A DNA stretch of 47,596 bases from a virus (Duplodnaviria > Caudoviricetes), in the IMG/VR virus record IMGVR_UViG_3300030330_005988, positions 1 to 47,596 of that record; one strand, given 5' to 3'. Both the position numbers and the translations under genes were made by a program. Shown one piece after another: positions 45,474-47,596 of this stretch. Positions within the stretch are counted from its first letter, which is position 1; each line of letters opens with the position of its first letter. The notes under the pieces were generated by a model, which saw only the letters and a program-made list of their open reading frames with translations, did no database searches and had not been told where the DNA came from.

Positions 45474-45481
45474 TAAATAGT
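45474..45481 (-). promoter_or_regulatory. Candidate late promoter (ACTATTTA)
   Basis: Intergenic, upstream of the sheath gene. Confidence 0.6.
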
Positions 45482-45488
45482 TTGGCTT

Positions 45489-46358
45489 TTAGTCAATGAC
45501 ATACGTTACTCTGATTTTATTCTTTGTATCCTCACCAAAAACATCATCAACTTCTGCTTGCGAAGCAATTCTTTCTCTTGGAAGCTTTATTTCAACAAAG
45601 CTTTGTTTTTTAATAACTTTAGGCCTCTCTTCGTTAAATCCGGCCCCTGTCACATATCCTAAAACCTTTATTGTAACTTTGGTTTCAAACTTTCTCTCTT
45701 CTTCTCCGAGATTATTTAAGTTATTTGAGCTATCATATGTTTCAACAAAACCTTCGTAAATTTTACCTTCTTGTTTTAACAAAAAATGATTTATTTGACC
45801 AGGTCTGGAGATAAAAGGTACAACAAGATCGTTCATTTGTTGTTGATACTCTGTTCTCAAAGTAATACTGTACATCACTTTTACATAAACTGGTAGTGGG
45901 ATGTAATAATCATCATAGACATACCTCTTTCCATCTTTTGGGTAGTTTTCCTGGCCGTTAAATTTTTGAGAAGCAATAGACTGCAATTCTCTAGTTTTTT
46001 CTTGGTTTAAAATGGAAACCAATTTAAACTGACCGCCACGATAAGTTCTTTCTCCGTCATTGGGCAAGTCATTATGCGCTTGAATACTTCCCTTAAATGC
46101 CTTATCTTTTTCTAGAGATGTTCGCTCAATAGAAATAAGCGGTAATCTAAGTTTTCCAACAGAATCACGATAATCTCTGTTGTTTTTTATTTGAAAGGCT
46201 CTTTCAGAACCAACCCACAATACTGGTACTTTTTCAAAACCTTTGTTTGTGTTTGTATGAAGGTTTAAGATACTATCAATGAACCTATACATTGATGCGT
46301 CTATGTCTTCTAGTGTCGACACCCTCAGGTTAAGCTCTTTCTCTAACTCACTCGGCAT
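45489..46358 (-). CDS. Tail terminator / sheath stabiliser (T4 gp15-like)
   Basis: KVPVLW, LPLISIER, PVYVKVMYSITL, QQQMNDL; between neck and sheath genes; likely start at 46358. Confidence 0.7.
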   Translation of the reverse strand: MPSELEKELNLRVSTLEDIDASMYRFIDSILNLHTNTNKGFEKVPVLWVGSERAFQIKNNRDYRDSVGKLRLPLISIERTSLEKDKAFKGSIQAHNDLPNDGERTYRGGQFKLVSILNQEKTRELQSIASQKFNGQENYPKDGKRYVYDDYYIPLPVYVKVMYSITLRTEYQQQMNDLVVPFISRPGQINHFLLKQEGKIYEGFVETYDSSNNLNNLGEEERKFETKVTIKVLGYVTGAGFNEERPKVIKKQSFVEIKLPRERIASQAEVDDVFGEDTKNKIRVTYVID

Positions 46359-46842
46359 TAAACAACCCATCCCTTGATCTTATACATTGGGCTTGAATTT
46401 CAAACCTATGTTCAACTTGCCCAAACAAAAGTTTTGGTTCATTTAACTTAACTATCTCGTAAAATATTTCTCCATACTTTACAAAATCACCTTCTCTCAC
46501 AAAAAGATTTTGATCTTCAGTTAAACGGCGCTTGTGAAACATTACTTTTATCTTCGTTGCTTTATCAATAGCGACGTTTTCCATATCTGACGTTTCAACA
46601 CCTTGAAACTCAACCAGCGCATGCACCCTTATGGGGGGTAGAAATGTTTTTTCAACTGCTTCTCCATATAACGGATGGTAATTTGTATGTTCAAGATCTA
46701 AAGGAAAATACAAAATCTGTTGGCCTATAATTCTTTCAATAATCTCATCATTTACTTGTTTTACAAGGTCTCGCTCCTTCTTGCCAAAAAACATAGGGGG
46801 TGGGGGCGCGCTTGGTTTTTTCCATTTATTATCTTCTGACAC
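46348..46842 (-). CDS. Neck / head closure protein (T4 gp14-like)
   Basis: HPLYGEA, VREGDFV, FYEIVK; position before the gp15-like and sheath genes. Confidence 0.7.
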   Translation of the reverse strand: MSEDNKWKKPSAPPPPMFFGKKERDLVKQVNDEIIERIIGQQILYFPLDLEHTNYHPLYGEAVEKTFLPPIRVHALVEFQGVETSDMENVAIDKATKIKVMFHKRRLTEDQNLFVREGDFVKYGEIFYEIVKLNEPKLLFGQVEHRFEIQAQCIRSRDGLFNAE

Positions 46843-47596
46843 GGATTCTTACCCTCTTTTTGTTCTCGGTGATACCTTGTTGTGATTTTAATTTATCTGC
46901 TACGTATTTTTCAAGTTGAGCCATAATTCTCTCATTAAGGTCATCAATACTAGCATCATCCTTTAAATACTTACCAGTTTTTTCTAGAATCTCCTCAGAG
47001 TAATCAGTGTACATACTTACACCTGCCTTAATGTCTATCATGTCGGCTTGGTCTAACTCCTCAGGTTCTAAATCTTTTGTTGTACCATCATAAGATATAA
47101 CAATGTTGGGGTCTCTTTTTTTGTCCCAAGTGTCTTGATTTAGTGCCAACTTTCCTGCTATTTCATCATTGCTTGTGACTAAGTTTAAAAAATCAGATAT
47201 GTGTTTGTATGCCGCTTGTTTCATATTTTTCGGTATCTTATCTTTAAATTCCATAAGGTCCAGGCTGGTTTCGTCTTGAAAGGCGATAAAATTTAGATAT
47301 TCTCCGCCAAAATAGTCATGCTCCGCATTTTCTTCTTCGGCAACACTCCACCAAGCATCATCATAAAGGTCATAGTCACGAACAACGTCACGAACACTAA
47401 ATCTTTCTGTTGGAATAATACCATTATTCTCCATTATATATTCAACAAGTTGTATCGCGCCATCATCATAGTAGTAATCAAAAACATCGAATTTTTTAAC
47501 TATTCCCTCAATCTGTTCTTCTAGAGCATAAACACTACCAATCCCCTCTCCCAAAGAATCGCCATTATAGACTAATTGAATCCGCCACCTGTTTTC
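46829..47596 (-). CDS. Acidic hypothetical protein (5' end outside the window)
   Basis: The frame stays open to the window edge (ENRWRIQLVYNGDSLGEG...); basic C-terminus KKRVRIRVRR. Confidence 0.7.
   Translation of the reverse strand, partial: ENRWRIQLVYNGDSLGEGIGSVYALEEQIEGIVKKFDVFDYYYDDGAIQLVEYIMENNGIIPTERFSVRDVVRDYDLYDDAWWSVAEEENAEHDYFGGEYLNFIAFQDETSLDLMEFKDKIPKNMKQAAYKHISDFLNLVTSNDEIAGKLALNQDTWDKKRDPNIVISYDGTTKDLEPEELDQADMIDIKAGVSMYTDYSEEILEKTGKYLKDDASIDDLNERIMAQLEKYVADKLKSQQGITENKKRVRIRVRR

Noticed and set aside
1-47596. Stop-codon reassignment as seen in some large phages
   Set aside because: Conserved genes are full length in the standard code, and TAG, TGA and TAA all end genes at sensible positions.
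1-47596. Bacterial chromosome, prophage or extracellular contractile injection system locus
   Set aside because: Single-strand dense coding, T4-like neck, SSB and helicase genes and a phage-type gene mix indicate a phage genome. No integrase or host housekeeping context is visible.

Overview
A 47.6 kb segment of a large, AT-rich, T4-like tailed phage (myovirus). Essentially all real genes are on the minus strand, and the standard genetic code is used. In transcription order (right to left) the window holds three blocks. (1) A contractile-tail morphogenesis module: neck proteins, sheath, two tube proteins, a tail-assembly chaperone with a probable programmed frameshift, tape measure, two tube-initiator paralogues, a LysM protein and a large hub protein. 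(2) A replication and recombination module: short family-A polymerase, degenerate tubulin/FtsZ-like protein, gp32-like SSB, GHKL ATPase, RecA, 5'-3' exonuclease, helicase, class II ribonucleotide reductase, GroES and ThyX. (3) A mixed accessory region: nucleotidyltransferase-like protein, J-domain protein, cytosine-deaminase-like amidohydrolase, a complete tmRNA, a lipoprotein, a putative restriction-modification pair, DnaE, Dam, dUTPase and ClpP. Non-coding signals read directly from the sequence are 11 near-perfect sigma70 promoters, a recurrent CTA(A/T)TTA candidate late promoter, several intrinsic terminators, and a repeated, covarying H-type RNA pseudoknot flanking the GHKL gene in the SSB-RecA operon. 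Protein calls rest on motif recognition by eye; no database searches were run.
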